A stretch of DNA of 64,000 bases from Pseudomonadota bacterium (GCA_021798115.1 JAJZYM010000002.1:14872-78871); one strand, 5' to 3'. Shown: positions 31,390-41,098, counted from the first letter of the stretch. Made by a program: numbers and translations. Notes: generated by a model from the sequence alone, not told the origin.

Positions 31390-31911
31390 GAGAAATCAAG
31401 AGCTTATAAAAATCCTGGGGCGTTCGTAAAGTGTTGCGGATGACGCTCTGGGCTGTGTGATGGCGTCCGCCCGTCGTTGCGGGGGTGTCATATCTTCCCA
31501 GACTCATTCAGCGCGACGAGCCTGTGGGTGTCAACGTCGTGGTTGATTGTGTCAGTGGCGACGTTCTTGCCGGGTCTCGACGCTATCGCGTGCCACGGCG
31601 CCTTCTGAAGCCCGGCCGCGCTGCCATGCTGTGTGAACCCTGGTGAACAAGATGCGAGCACGCAGCGCCTCGAAGCTGCAGCCCTTGCCCAGTCGATTCA
31701 TCTCCCGGATCATTCGGGCTTTCCGTGAATGCATTCGTGATGCGATGGTCAAGGTAGGACAGGATCTGGGGCGGCCCGTTTCGCCAGGCCGTGAGAATCG
31801 GCGTGAAAGCGGGACGTAGCTCCGGGCCCACAGCGCCGCGCCCAGTCGTCGAAGTGCGCGCTGGCCTGATGACAGGTTCAGCTGGCAGAAAAGGCGCAGC
31901 CGGGTGACCGG

Positions 31912-32769
31912 TTACGACAAGACCGCCCGGATCCAGGCTCCCGCTTTTAAAACGCCATTCCTGATCGGATCAAGCACGACGGTACAGGCATAAGTGCTGC
32001 GTGGCTCTCCATGGAATGCTCGCTTGAACTCCGACGGGCCATGCTTGGGATCACGCTCGACGCCTCCCAGATCCAGGATCGTGAACCCCCGTTGCTTGAA
32101 ATGAAGCAAAGATTCCCATAATGTCAGCTGTCCGGTATTCACAGGGCCACCACGCTCAAACGCACCCAGCCAGTAAACCGGATATTGATGGTTCAGAAAG
32201 AACATGCCACCAATCACCCGGCCAGAAGAACATTTCGCCACGAGCAGTGTTGTCAGATCAGTTCGATGAACGAGGTCCTCAACCAGTGCGCGCGGCTGGC
32301 GGGAGAAAGCTTTCTTGTATGCAATCTTGCAGTAGAGTGTCCACCAGGCTTCAAAATCGGTTGTGTCCGCAACTTTGATTGTCACGGCATCTTTTAGGCA
32401 CCGGCGGATTTTCCAGCGAGTATTGGATCCAATCTGTTTCCAGAGAACAGGCTCTGACGGGGTCAGGTCGATGGTCAGCGTATCCAGACGTTCCACCCTC
32501 CCGCATGCCGGTCCGGACGGGCACTCCAAGAGGTTGGCCCAGAGCCGGGCGACTTTGTGCTGCAACGCGGCATCGCGAAGCCGTGTCAAGGCCTCCGGGC
32601 CCGATCCCGGACAGTTGTATATGTCAAGAGTGGTTGCACCCAGGCCACCGACACTTGAGAGATATCCCCAATCTTCTCCAATCTTGACGCACCGCCTGCG
32701 GGTGTGGCGTGCGTACACTTCCGCAAAGGGCTGATATTGGAAAATCTCGAAGGTTCCATTCCATGACAT
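31912..32769 (-). CDS. FemAB-family / GNAT-fold acyltransferase (peptidoglycan-bridge or glycan acylation family)
   Basis: 285 aa. The sequence ...QYPVYWLGAFERGG... resembles FemAB/BioF2-like N-acyltransferases. The region has lower GC than the flanks. Confidence 0.5.
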   Translation of the reverse strand: MSWNGTFEIFQYQPFAEVYARHTRRRCVKIGEDWGYLSSVGGLGATTLDIYNCPGSGPEALTRLRDAALQHKVARLWANLLECPSGPACGRVERLDTLTIDLTPSEPVLWKQIGSNTRWKIRRCLKDAVTIKVADTTDFEAWWTLYCKIAYKKAFSRQPRALVEDLVHRTDLTTLLVAKCSSGRVIGGMFFLNHQYPVYWLGAFERGGPVNTGQLTLWESLLHFKQRGFTILDLGGVERDPKHGPSEFKRAFHGEPRSTYACTVVLDPIRNGVLKAGAWIRAVLS

Positions 32770-32783
32770 GGCGTTAGGTCACC

Positions 32784-33836
32784 CTACTTCCCACTTTCAG
32801 TTTGAGTGCGCAACGCGGAGAGTATGAATTTCACCATCCGCACCACAAAATCAGGCATGCATCTCTTGAACCAGAAGCGAGACCACTTCGAGAATCCGGG
32901 AATCACATCGTGCCAGAATGACAGGCAAGCGGTTTCACAGCGTGCAGAGGGTCGCAAGTCTCCCAGGGGGCCCTCCAGATAACCCAATCCAAAACGCAGG
33001 CTCCACGAGGCCGCCGAATACCAGATCCGGTACTGGCCGTCGGGCGCCTTGAGGAAGCAACTCCTGTAAATCATGCGGTTGTCCCATCTCCAGATGGAGG
33101 GCTTGAGCAGCGGACGCCTCGGGTTCAGGACAAAACTTCTCCCATCACCGGAATGCAGGAGAAAAAGACGGGTCCTCGAGTTGTCGCTCCCCTCGGGAAA
33201 CGCTGCGACCAGCATTTCATATCCAGACCCGGTGGGCTGCACGTCGACATGCCAAGGAACATGCCCAGGAATGTCCAGAGAACACGTTTCGGGACGATCC
33301 AAGTGAAACAGGTCGGCACCGGACCGGACGTATATCTTGGACCCTTCCTCCTGCGCAGTGGGATCCAGCGTGACCATCCACATCTTCCACTGCCGGCCTT
33401 CAACGACCAGGCTCGGGCAGGCCTCAAATCGACCTGATTGAAAAGCTTGTGGGTGAGACCACTGGCTTCCTGTAGTCGTCTGGATTACCGAGAAGACAGT
33501 CTCGCCGGTACCTTTTCTCGCTGTCATATAAACCAGGTACAGCACACCTTCGGCATAAACCAACTCGGTATCCGCATGATGATAGTGGGCATCTGATGGA
33601 GGTGGCACAACCGGATCGGCCAGTTCGGGAAACCGCTCCCATCGGTAACCGTCCTGGCTGACGCGCACCACCGGGTTTTCCCAGCGGTCGTTGGCAAACG
33701 GATACGGTGTAAACACCATCCAGTACGGGTATCCTTGAAACCCGCCCGGGATATGAACTACATCCGGATGGACATGCTGCACATGTCCGAGTTCATGCCC
33801 AACCTTCAAGGGGCATGGAGCGTTCAGGTTCGTCAC
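32784..33836 (-). CDS. hypothetical protein (350 aa) in glycan-modification island
   Basis: Long minus-strand ORF with coding-like composition. It is Trp/His-rich (WHV, WKMW, WRW), GTG start, and I recognise no motif. Confidence 0.5.
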   Translation of the reverse strand: MTNLNAPCPLKVGHELGHVQHVHPDVVHIPGGFQGYPYWMVFTPYPFANDRWENPVVRVSQDGYRWERFPELADPVVPPPSDAHYHHADTELVYAEGVLYLVYMTARKGTGETVFSVIQTTTGSQWSHPQAFQSGRFEACPSLVVEGRQWKMWMVTLDPTAQEEGSKIYVRSGADLFHLDRPETCSLDIPGHVPWHVDVQPTGSGYEMLVAAFPEGSDNSRTRLFLLHSGDGRSFVLNPRRPLLKPSIWRWDNRMIYRSCFLKAPDGQYRIWYSAASWSLRFGLGYLEGPLGDLRPSARCETACLSFWHDVIPGFSKWSRFWFKRCMPDFVVRMVKFILSALRTQTESGK

Positions 33837-33847
33837 GAGTATCCCCG

Positions 33848-34813
33848 TTAGTGCAGCCAGTGCGTGAGATCACAACCCAGGAGATTCATCAGATTCAAGA
33901 TATCCGGTTCATAGGTAGAAATAATTTCTTGGCGAAGCGCCTGAGGCAGTTCAGCCCGCTGTGCAGCAAGGTTCAAGTTGATACTTTGCAGTGTTCCAAC
34001 GATAGGTCGGTGCAACCTGATTCTGCGCAGGTCGAAACCCAGACGGCTTTGGATTTTGCCGTTTGCAGCCCGCGCATGGGACAGCAACCAAGTGAGGAAA
34101 CTCTGAAGACGAGGAGAGTATACGTCGGCATAGGAATTGATCACGGGGAAAGCCTGCCTGTTATCAGGTTGGACACCCAGAAACTCCAGCGCTTCGGTGT
34201 ACACCCGACGCGGCGTCTTGCACAGATCTTCGTACAGGAATACTTTAACGTGCTCTCGGGGGAAAACACGAAACACGCGACTGAGCTGCTCATGGTAACG
34301 CGCCACCGAGCGGTAGTAGAGGAATTCTGGTGTGCGGCAGCCCAGCGGAATGGATTGACCACGACGGCGGATGGGTTCGAGTTTCCATGCAGATTCAAAA
34401 CTGGGAGCCGTTTCGATACCAGTCTGCCGTTGCTGGGCATAAAGGGATACCACCATCTCGTCAGGCCTACGTAGCAGAACGATGAGGCGCGCATCCGGCC
34501 TGTAGGTTGCGATCTCCTGTACCGCAACCTTGGAATACAGGTACCAGACGGACGCTTCACCCACAGCGTGGACATTCCGGTCCTGGTCCGGAAACAGAGC
34601 CTGATATTCCTCCCAGGTCCGGACACCGCGGTGTCCGGGTAGATCAAAGGTGAAATATTGTGGCTCCTTGGGGTCGCACATAAAAATATCCGGATGTTCC
34701 CCCAGGTAGACCCCAAGGGCCGTGGTCCCTGATTTCGGGGCTCCAATAATGAAGAAGTTAGGGAGTTGCGGCACGGGTCCGGATTCCGAAAAACGGAATG
34801 ATCCACCATCCAT
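33848..34813 (-). CDS. sulfotransferase family protein (PAPS-dependent)
   Basis: IIGAPKSGTT matches the 5'-PSB loop and LLRRP...S the 3'-PB motif. 321 aa. Confidence 0.7.
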   Translation of the reverse strand: MDGGSFRFSESGPVPQLPNFFIIGAPKSGTTALGVYLGEHPDIFMCDPKEPQYFTFDLPGHRGVRTWEEYQALFPDQDRNVHAVGEASVWYLYSKVAVQEIATYRPDARLIVLLRRPDEMVVSLYAQQRQTGIETAPSFESAWKLEPIRRRGQSIPLGCRTPEFLYYRSVARYHEQLSRVFRVFPREHVKVFLYEDLCKTPRRVYTEALEFLGVQPDNRQAFPVINSYADVYSPRLQSFLTWLLSHARAANGKIQSRLGFDLRRIRLHRPIVGTLQSINLNLAAQRAELPQALRQEIISTYEPDILNLMNLLGCDLTHWLH

Positions 34814-36092
34814 AACGGTGCCGCAAGAATACCACCATTGCGATATTCCACCAGATCATGGCGAGAGACGAAGCCAATGCGGCTCCCATGGCCCCATAAA
34901 AGGGTATCGCAAACCAGGCGGCCAACACTCCTAGCAGAGCACCCTGCAGCAGGATCCAGAAGGCCGCCCGATGTGAGTTCGTCATGGCCAAGAAATACCC
35001 AACCGGCCCCACCGAAACATTCACCAGCTGTCCGATCATGAGGATCAAGAGTGGCCAACGTCCAGCATCAAAACCCGGGCCAAACAGACGTAACAGCAGA
35101 CGCGAATCGATGGCGAGAATGATGGCAACCAAGCAGCCCAGGATACTCCCACTTCGAACGGTTCGATTGACCAGCGCCTGCAATTCAGTCATGCGCTTCT
35201 GGGCATAAAGTTCACTAATCATCGGCGCAACTATTCCATTGATTGCGGCCAATCCAAACGAGATGAACCCTGCCAGGCGGACTGCTGGCTGATAATAGCC
35301 TTCAACATCCGGATTCCGGAATATTCCTAAAAGCAACAGGTCACTGCGGGCTAGCGTCATGTTCAGAAATCCCATGCCGAGCAGCGGCCAGGCTACGGCG
35401 AGCCACAGCTTCCATGGGTATGTCACGGGTTTTGTGTCACCCGAAACCCCACGATTGGCTGAATGGATCAACAGGTATTGCAACACAATGCCGGCTGCAA
35501 GGCCGATGACGGTCCCGACCAATGCCATCTCGACGGACAGGCGCCGGCCGTTTTCGAACCAGAGGAACCACACGGCGATCGCGATGCAGACCGGCCTCAC
35601 GAGATATTCGGAGACCAGTGCACGCGCGGGCCAGCCCAGACCCTGTAGCACACCCTGGTTCAGGGTGCTCAACGCTGTCAGGGGCACGAGGAGCGCGATC
35701 CAGCCATCGGTTGTCAATGCGATCGTGTTTAGGGGATCCAGTGACAGGCCTGCGACCAAGAGGACCGCACACCCGCTCGCAACGGTCATCACGATCAGCG
35801 TTGCTGTCCAGATCAACCGGGTCGCCAAATACCGTTTCCCGGCTACACGGTACTCTGGAAGAAAACGCATGACCGCAGCATCAAAGCCGAATCGTCCCAA
35901 TACTGCGACAAATCCGGCCAGCACGACCAGATACACGTATTGTCCGTAATGGGCAAGACCCAACAGTCGGGCCAACAAAACATTGAGTCCGAATGCCAGG
36001 CCTATTCCGAATGACCGCAGCAGAAGCACCGAGATTGTTCCCCGTGTGAACCGCTGTGTCCAAGAGTGGCTGTATTCTGACCAAGGTTTCAT
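34758..36092 (-). CDS. Wzx-like polysaccharide/O-antigen flippase (MOP superfamily)
   Basis: 444 aa with about 12-14 TM helices, typical of polysaccharide biosynthesis exporters. It overlaps the downstream sulfotransferase start by 56 nt. Confidence 0.65.
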   Translation of the reverse strand: MKPWSEYSHSWTQRFTRGTISVLLLRSFGIGLAFGLNVLLARLLGLAHYGQYVYLVVLAGFVAVLGRFGFDAAVMRFLPEYRVAGKRYLATRLIWTATLIVMTVASGCAVLLVAGLSLDPLNTIALTTDGWIALLVPLTALSTLNQGVLQGLGWPARALVSEYLVRPVCIAIAVWFLWFENGRRLSVEMALVGTVIGLAAGIVLQYLLIHSANRGVSGDTKPVTYPWKLWLAVAWPLLGMGFLNMTLARSDLLLLGIFRNPDVEGYYQPAVRLAGFISFGLAAINGIVAPMISELYAQKRMTELQALVNRTVRSGSILGCLVAIILAIDSRLLLRLFGPGFDAGRWPLLILMIGQLVNVSVGPVGYFLAMTNSHRAAFWILLQGALLGVLAAWFAIPFYGAMGAALASSLAMIWWNIAMVVFLRHRYGWWIIPFFGIRTRAATP

Positions 36093-37194
36093 GGGCCACT
36101 CGCCTGCAGGAAGATCTGGGATAACTCAATCATTCCATTCTTCTGCCCACACATCGTGGACTGGACAGGCCTTCCAGCGAGACCAATCAGGGAGCACGAT
36201 GCAGTTGACCGTCTGCATCCTGCATCCGGATATCGTAACAAATCTTCTAAATCTCGCTGTCACCGAGAGATCTTGACGTCGCAGCAGGGATAAAAAAGGA
36301 AGGCCTCTGACGACGAGGCGATCCAGACGAAATGCCATGTCACGATCGAGTGGGCCACATGACGCTGCATCGGTGCGAGACCCGTGTGGGCGGAAGCCTG
36401 TGGATACGGGGCGTTTTGAGTCGAGCGGTTTGTTGCCGCGCAATCGCTCGAGCATCAGAAAGTCGGAGGCTGTAATGAGAGACCTGCGTGATAAGGAAAG
36501 CCCTGCCAATTGAATCCTTCGTCGTGATGCAACCCGAGTCCAGATTTCAGTTCCAGGGAGTCGCACTCGATGCACCAACGGGCCATTGCAGTCGCGACGA
36601 GGTGTTACATCCCTAGCCCCACTCTCCGGAGGCAGTTTCCAACCTCCTCCGGTATCTGATGCATCATCTACGCGGTCCAGTGCTCATAGCAGGAGGCTTC
36701 GATCCACGATCCGGGCTCCTTGAGCGAGTTGCTGCGGCTGTACCCAAGATGCCACTGCTCGTCCGGCTGCGGCGTAGAGTTGATCGGTTGTTTGTGGCCT
36801 GCAGCCTGGCGAATCTGTCCCTGGCACGGCAAGTGCTGTTGTGACCGACGTAAAGTTCGTGCACCTGAAATCCGCCCTGGATACACGAAATCACGATCAC
36901 ATACGAAATTTCGACACAAAATCGGCCCCATCAGGACTGGAGAACTGAATGTCCGACATCTTTCTCGCGAGATGCATCTGTATGATGGCTGTATGCATGA
37001 ATGGATCTGATGTTCCTTAAGTTGTGTCGCTTCCAACGACGAGGAAACAGGGTGCTCGTCTTGATCGAAACGTGCCCTACGGCTCTGTCTGAGACGGGGC
37101 ATTCTGACGAACCAGAAGAGCTCTCAAACGGCATCTGCTTGTGATCCAGTCATGATGCGCAGTTCCAGCGCGGCGATCCCCGCCTGCGATCCTG

Positions 37195-38205
37195 TCAGGC
37201 GCTCCCGATGAGGATGCCCGTGAGAAAGACGAGGAAGCCTCCGACGACGACCTGAAAGACGGCAGCCAGGAACGGGGTGTCCATGTAGCGCCGACGGATC
37301 CAGGCGATCGTGAGGAGTTCGACGACAACGACCGCGATGGCGACGCCAAGGGCGGTTCGGAACTGCGGGATCAAGAAGGGGAGGGTGTGGAAGAGCCCCC
37401 CAAGTGCAGTCATGATTCCGGTCACGGTGCCGCGGAACCAGGGGCTCCCCCGGCCCGTGATGAGTCCTGTGTCGGACATCCCCTCGGCAAAGGCCATCGA
37501 GATGCCGGCGCCGAGAGCGGCGGCGAGTCCGACCAGGAAGGTGCTCCACGTGTCGTGCGTGGCCAAAGCCGCAGCAAAGATCGGCGCGAGCGTCGAGACC
37601 GACCCGTCCATGAGTCCCGCGAGACCGGGCTGGATGACCTGGAGGAGGAGCTGGCGGCGGCGGGTTTCGGCCTCCCGGGCTTGGACGTCATGGGTGATCA
37701 GGGAGGATTCGAGCGCCTCGGCCTTGGCTTCGTGGACGCTTTCCTCGGCGGCGAGATCGCCAAGAAGCTTGCGAATGGCGGCGTCCTGGCTTTTCTGTGC
37801 TGCGCGCCTATAGAAGATGCGGGTCTCGTATTCGGCGGCCTCTGCTTGGCGGCGGATCTTTTCGATGTCGATCGGTTCCATCAACCACACCGGGCGCCGC
37901 TCGAGAAAACCACGGACGTCCTGGCGACGGATGAGCGGGATGCGATCGCCGAATTTCTCCTGGTAGAGCTCGAGGAGACGACGACGGTGGCGGTGTTCCT
38001 CCTCGGCCATCTGGGCGAAGATCTGGGCGCTCTCGGGGTAGGACTCACGGACCGCGTCGGCGTACTGTTCGTAGATCCTGGCGTCGTCTTCTTCGAGCGA
38101 GATGGCCAACGCGAGGATCTGCGGCTCGGTCAGTTCTTCGAAACGGAGTTTTTCGCCGCCACGGCGGGCGAGGCGGGGGGAGGAGAAGGCGTCGGAGCTG
38201 GCCAC
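37195..38205 (-). CDS. mbfA: erythrin-VIT1 family iron exporter (ferritin-like N-domain + VIT1/CCC1 membrane domain, MbfA-like)
   Basis: An N-terminal four-helix ferritin/rubrerythrin-like domain with ExxH-type motifs (EEEHRHRRRLLE, EESVHEAK) is followed by a C-terminal VIT1 TM domain. GTG start with a GGTGAGGA Shine-Dalgarno. Confidence 0.65.
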   Translation of the reverse strand: MASSDAFSSPRLARRGGEKLRFEELTEPQILALAISLEEDDARIYEQYADAVRESYPESAQIFAQMAEEEHRHRRRLLELYQEKFGDRIPLIRRQDVRGFLERRPVWLMEPIDIEKIRRQAEAAEYETRIFYRRAAQKSQDAAIRKLLGDLAAEESVHEAKAEALESSLITHDVQAREAETRRRQLLLQVIQPGLAGLMDGSVSTLAPIFAAALATHDTWSTFLVGLAAALGAGISMAFAEGMSDTGLITGRGSPWFRGTVTGIMTALGGLFHTLPFLIPQFRTALGVAIAVVVVELLTIAWIRRRYMDTPFLAAVFQVVVGGFLVFLTGILIGSA

Positions 38206-38593
38206 GGTTACGGTTCCTCACCGTCGGTCGTCCCCATGGTAGGGATCAGAAGAAGGGTTGTCAACACAGGGCGGGCCACTCTTTTTTCTCTGGGTCTGTA
38301 GGGGGGCGGGCTCCCCGGCATCCTCCGGGATTGCTGCGAGCCGCTCGTGGGTTCAGGAGGGGCCTCGGTCCGTCTCTCGCTTCCCGGGGGGCGCTTCCCG
38401 GGGGGTGCAACGCCCTCCGTGGGACTTTCGGGCCAGCCGGCTCACGAACCGCCTTCCGTTCCATCCCCCGCGATCGCTCGGGCTCTCTCGCAGTTCTCCT
38501 GTAGGCGGCAGGGGGGGCCTCTTCGGGATTGCGCTTCACGGTATTACGTCGTTCCCGGTTATTCTATGGCCTGCCCCAACCGGAGCCGAGGAT

Positions 38594-40549
38594 GTGAGCG
38601 TGCCCCGCTCCCATGCGCCACAAGAAATTTCGTCCAGAGAAACCGGCCTCCGAAGCGCCGGCGAGCGGCTCGCGGCCGCCGAGCCCGCGCGTGCGGCGGA
38701 AATCCTGGCCGCCCGTATCAATGGGACGATCCGCGACCTCGCGGCTCCCGTGGCGCCGGAGGACGAAGTCGCTCCCGTGCGTCCGGGGGATCCGGAAGGG
38801 CTTGAAATCCTCCGCCACTCCTCGGCGCATCTTCTTGCGCAGGCTCTGAAGGAACTCTACCCCGGAACGCGTCTCGGAGTCGGTCCGGCCATCGAGGACG
38901 GGTTCTACTACGACGTCGAGACGCCGGTGCCCCTGAGCGACGAGGATCTTCCAAAGATCGAAGAGCGCATGCGCGCGATCGCCCGGGCCGCGCTTCCCGT
39001 CCGCCGCGAGGAGCTCACGCGGGCTCAGGCCGAGAGCCTCATGAACGAGCGGGGCGAGACCTACAAGCTCGAGATCCTCCGCGAGCTTCCGGAGGACGCC
39101 GTCATCAGCGTTTACCGCCAGGGTGATTTCGTCGATCTCTGCCGCGGTCCGCATGTGCCCGACACGGGGCGTCTCAAGGTCTTCCGCCTGACCAAGCTCG
39201 CCGGCGCCTACTGGAGAGGCGACAACCGCCGGGCGATGCTGACGCGCATTTACGGGACGGCTTGGGCGCGGGAGGAAGATCTCGAGGCTTATCTCACCCG
39301 TCTCGCCGAGGCCGAAAAACGCGATCACCGCCGTCTCGGTCGGCTCATGGACCTCTTCCATCTCCAGGAGGAGGCGCCGGGGATGGTCTTCTGGCACGAG
39401 CGCGGCTGGGTACTCTACCGCTTGGTGGAGGATTACGTGCGTGGGCGTCTTTCCGAACACGGCTACGCGGAGGTGCACACCCCGATGCTCCTCGACCGGA
39501 GCCTCTGGGAACGCTCGGGGCACGCCGAGAAGTTCGCGACCCAAATGTTCGTGACCGGCTCGGAGAATCGGGAGTTTGCGGTCAAGCCCATGAACTGCCC
39601 GGCCCACGTCCAGATCTTCAACCAGGGCCTTCGGAGTTACCGTGAGCTCCCCCTCCGCCTCGCCGAGTTCGGGGTCTGCCACCGCAACGAGCCTTCGGGG
39701 ACGCTCCACGGGCTTCTCCGGGTGCGGAGCTTCGTCCAGGACGACGCCCACATCTTCTGTACGCCCGAGCAGATCGAGCCGGAAGTCGGGGCGTTCATCG
39801 ATCTTCTCTTTTCCGTCTACCGCGACTTCGGCTTCGAGGACATCACGATCAAGCTCTCGACGCGCCCCGAGGCACGCGTGGGCGACGATCGGCTCTGGGA
39901 CCGTGCCGAGCAGGCGCTCGCCGGGGTCCTCGAGCGCAAGGGTCTCGGCTACGACCTCCAGCCGGGGGAGGGGGCCTTCTACGGCCCCAAGATCGAGTTC
40001 TCGCTCCGCGACTGTCTCGGACGGGTCTGGCAGTGCGGGACCATGCAGCTCGATTTCTTCCTTCCCGCCCGCCTCGGCGCCTCGTACGTGACGGAGAAGG
40101 GCGAGAAGGAGACCCCGGTCATGCTGCACCGGGCGATCCTGGGCTCCCTCGAGCGCTTCATCGGAGTGCTCCTCGAGCACTACGCGGGGGTGCTCCCCCT
40201 CTGGCTGGCCCCCACCCAGGCGGCCGTCCTCACGATCACCAGCCGCCAGGACGCCTACGCCCGCTCCGTGGTCGCCCGCCTTGAGGCGGCGGGGCTCCGC
40301 ACCTTCGCCGACTTGAGAAATGAGAAGATTGGGCTTAAAATTCGCGAGCGCACTCTGGAACGCATTCCATACCTCCTTGTCGTGGGGGGGCAGGAGGAGA
40401 GCTCAGGCTCCGTCAGCGTGCGTACCCACGACGGTCGCAACTTGGGAGTACTCACCCTGGACAACGTCATCGACGTCTTGACGCGCGAAGCCCGTCCGCG
40501 CACACCCCAAAACGACGGCGCGGCGGGAGGGCGCGAGCATCGCCTCTGA
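38594..40549 (+). CDS. thrS: threonine--tRNA ligase
   Basis: EILRHSSAHLL (second-domain HxxxH), class-II motifs, and a C-terminal anticodon-binding DLRNEKIGLKIRERTLERIPYLLVVG. Start GTG 38594 is tentative. The ORF is open back to 38258. Confidence 0.85.
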   Translation: MSVPRSHAPQEISSRETGLRSAGERLAAAEPARAAEILAARINGTIRDLAAPVAPEDEVAPVRPGDPEGLEILRHSSAHLLAQALKELYPGTRLGVGPAIEDGFYYDVETPVPLSDEDLPKIEERMRAIARAALPVRREELTRAQAESLMNERGETYKLEILRELPEDAVISVYRQGDFVDLCRGPHVPDTGRLKVFRLTKLAGAYWRGDNRRAMLTRIYGTAWAREEDLEAYLTRLAEAEKRDHRRLGRLMDLFHLQEEAPGMVFWHERGWVLYRLVEDYVRGRLSEHGYAEVHTPMLLDRSLWERSGHAEKFATQMFVTGSENREFAVKPMNCPAHVQIFNQGLRSYRELPLRLAEFGVCHRNEPSGTLHGLLRVRSFVQDDAHIFCTPEQIEPEVGAFIDLLFSVYRDFGFEDITIKLSTRPEARVGDDRLWDRAEQALAGVLERKGLGYDLQPGEGAFYGPKIEFSLRDCLGRVWQCGTMQLDFFLPARLGASYVTEKGEKETPVMLHRAILGSLERFIGVLLEHYAGVLPLWLAPTQAAVLTITSRQDAYARSVVARLEAAGLRTFADLRNEKIGLKIRERTLERIPYLLVVGGQEESSGSVSVRTHDGRNLGVLTLDNVIDVLTREARPRTPQNDGAAGGREHRL

Positions 40550-41060
40550 AAAACGCACCCGCCGAAACGGCGAAATCACCGCGCCCCGTGTGCGGGTCAT
40601 AGGATCGAACGGAGAACAGGTCGGGATTCTTTCCATTCGCGACGCCCTCCAGGCCGCGGAACGGGAGGGGCTCGATCTCGTGGAAGTCTCGCCGACGACC
40701 GATCCTCCCGTCTGCCGGGTCATGGACTTCGGCAAGTACCAGTTCGAGGTCAACAAGAAGCAGCAGGCGAGCCGCCGGCGGCAGCGTCAGGTCCAGGTGA
40801 AGGAGATCAAGATCCGGCCGGCTACCGACGAAAACGATTTTCAGGTTAAACTACGCAGTCTCCAGAGGTTTCTGGCCGAAGGGGACAAGGCCAAGGTCAC
40901 GCTCCGCTTCCGCGGGCGCGAACTGGCCCACCAGGAGCTCGGGATTCAGCTGCTCGATCGCATCCGCACGGAACTCGAACCGATCGCGGGGGTGGAGCAG
41001 CAGCCAAGGCTCGAAGGCCGACAGATGGTCATGGTCTTCAGCCCGCGCAAGAAGTCCTGA
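40539..41060 (+). CDS. infC: translation initiation factor IF-3, probable non-AUG (AUC) start
   Basis: [15 protein letters not shown] matches the IF-3 N-domain (INGEIRAxEVRLI). No ATG/GTG/TTG is in frame before GTG 40590, which would delete the N-domain. ATC at 40539 has a GGGAGGG Shine-Dalgarno 7 nt upstream. IF-3 genes classically use AUU/AUC starts. The proposed start overlaps the thrS stop. Confidence 0.7.
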   Translation: MASEKRTRRNGEITAPRVRVIGSNGEQVGILSIRDALQAAEREGLDLVEVSPTTDPPVCRVMDFGKYQFEVNKKQQASRRRQRQVQVKEIKIRPATDENDFQVKLRSLQRFLAEGDKAKVTLRFRGRELAHQELGIQLLDRIRTELEPIAGVEQQPRLEGRQMVMVFSPRKKS

Positions 41061-41075
41061 GCGCAAGAGCAAAAA

Positions 41076-41098
41076 GCGTCCCGACTCGTTCGGGACGC
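41076..41098 (+). promoter_or_regulatory. stable hairpin in the infC-rpmI spacer (attenuator/partial terminator candidate)
   Basis: GCGTCCCGA-ctcgt-TCGGGACGC is a perfect 9-bp stem. No U-tract follows. Confidence 0.3.

Noticed and set aside
36126-37134. Short ORFs (150, 144, 96 aa) in the island's distal gap
   Set aside because: No motifs and mutually overlapping frames. They are treated as pseudogene debris.
38206-38593. Possible T-box or leader RNA upstream of thrS
   Set aside because: T-box leaders are characteristic of Firmicutes and no specifier or T-box consensus is visible. An E. coli-type operator mimic cannot be assessed by eye.
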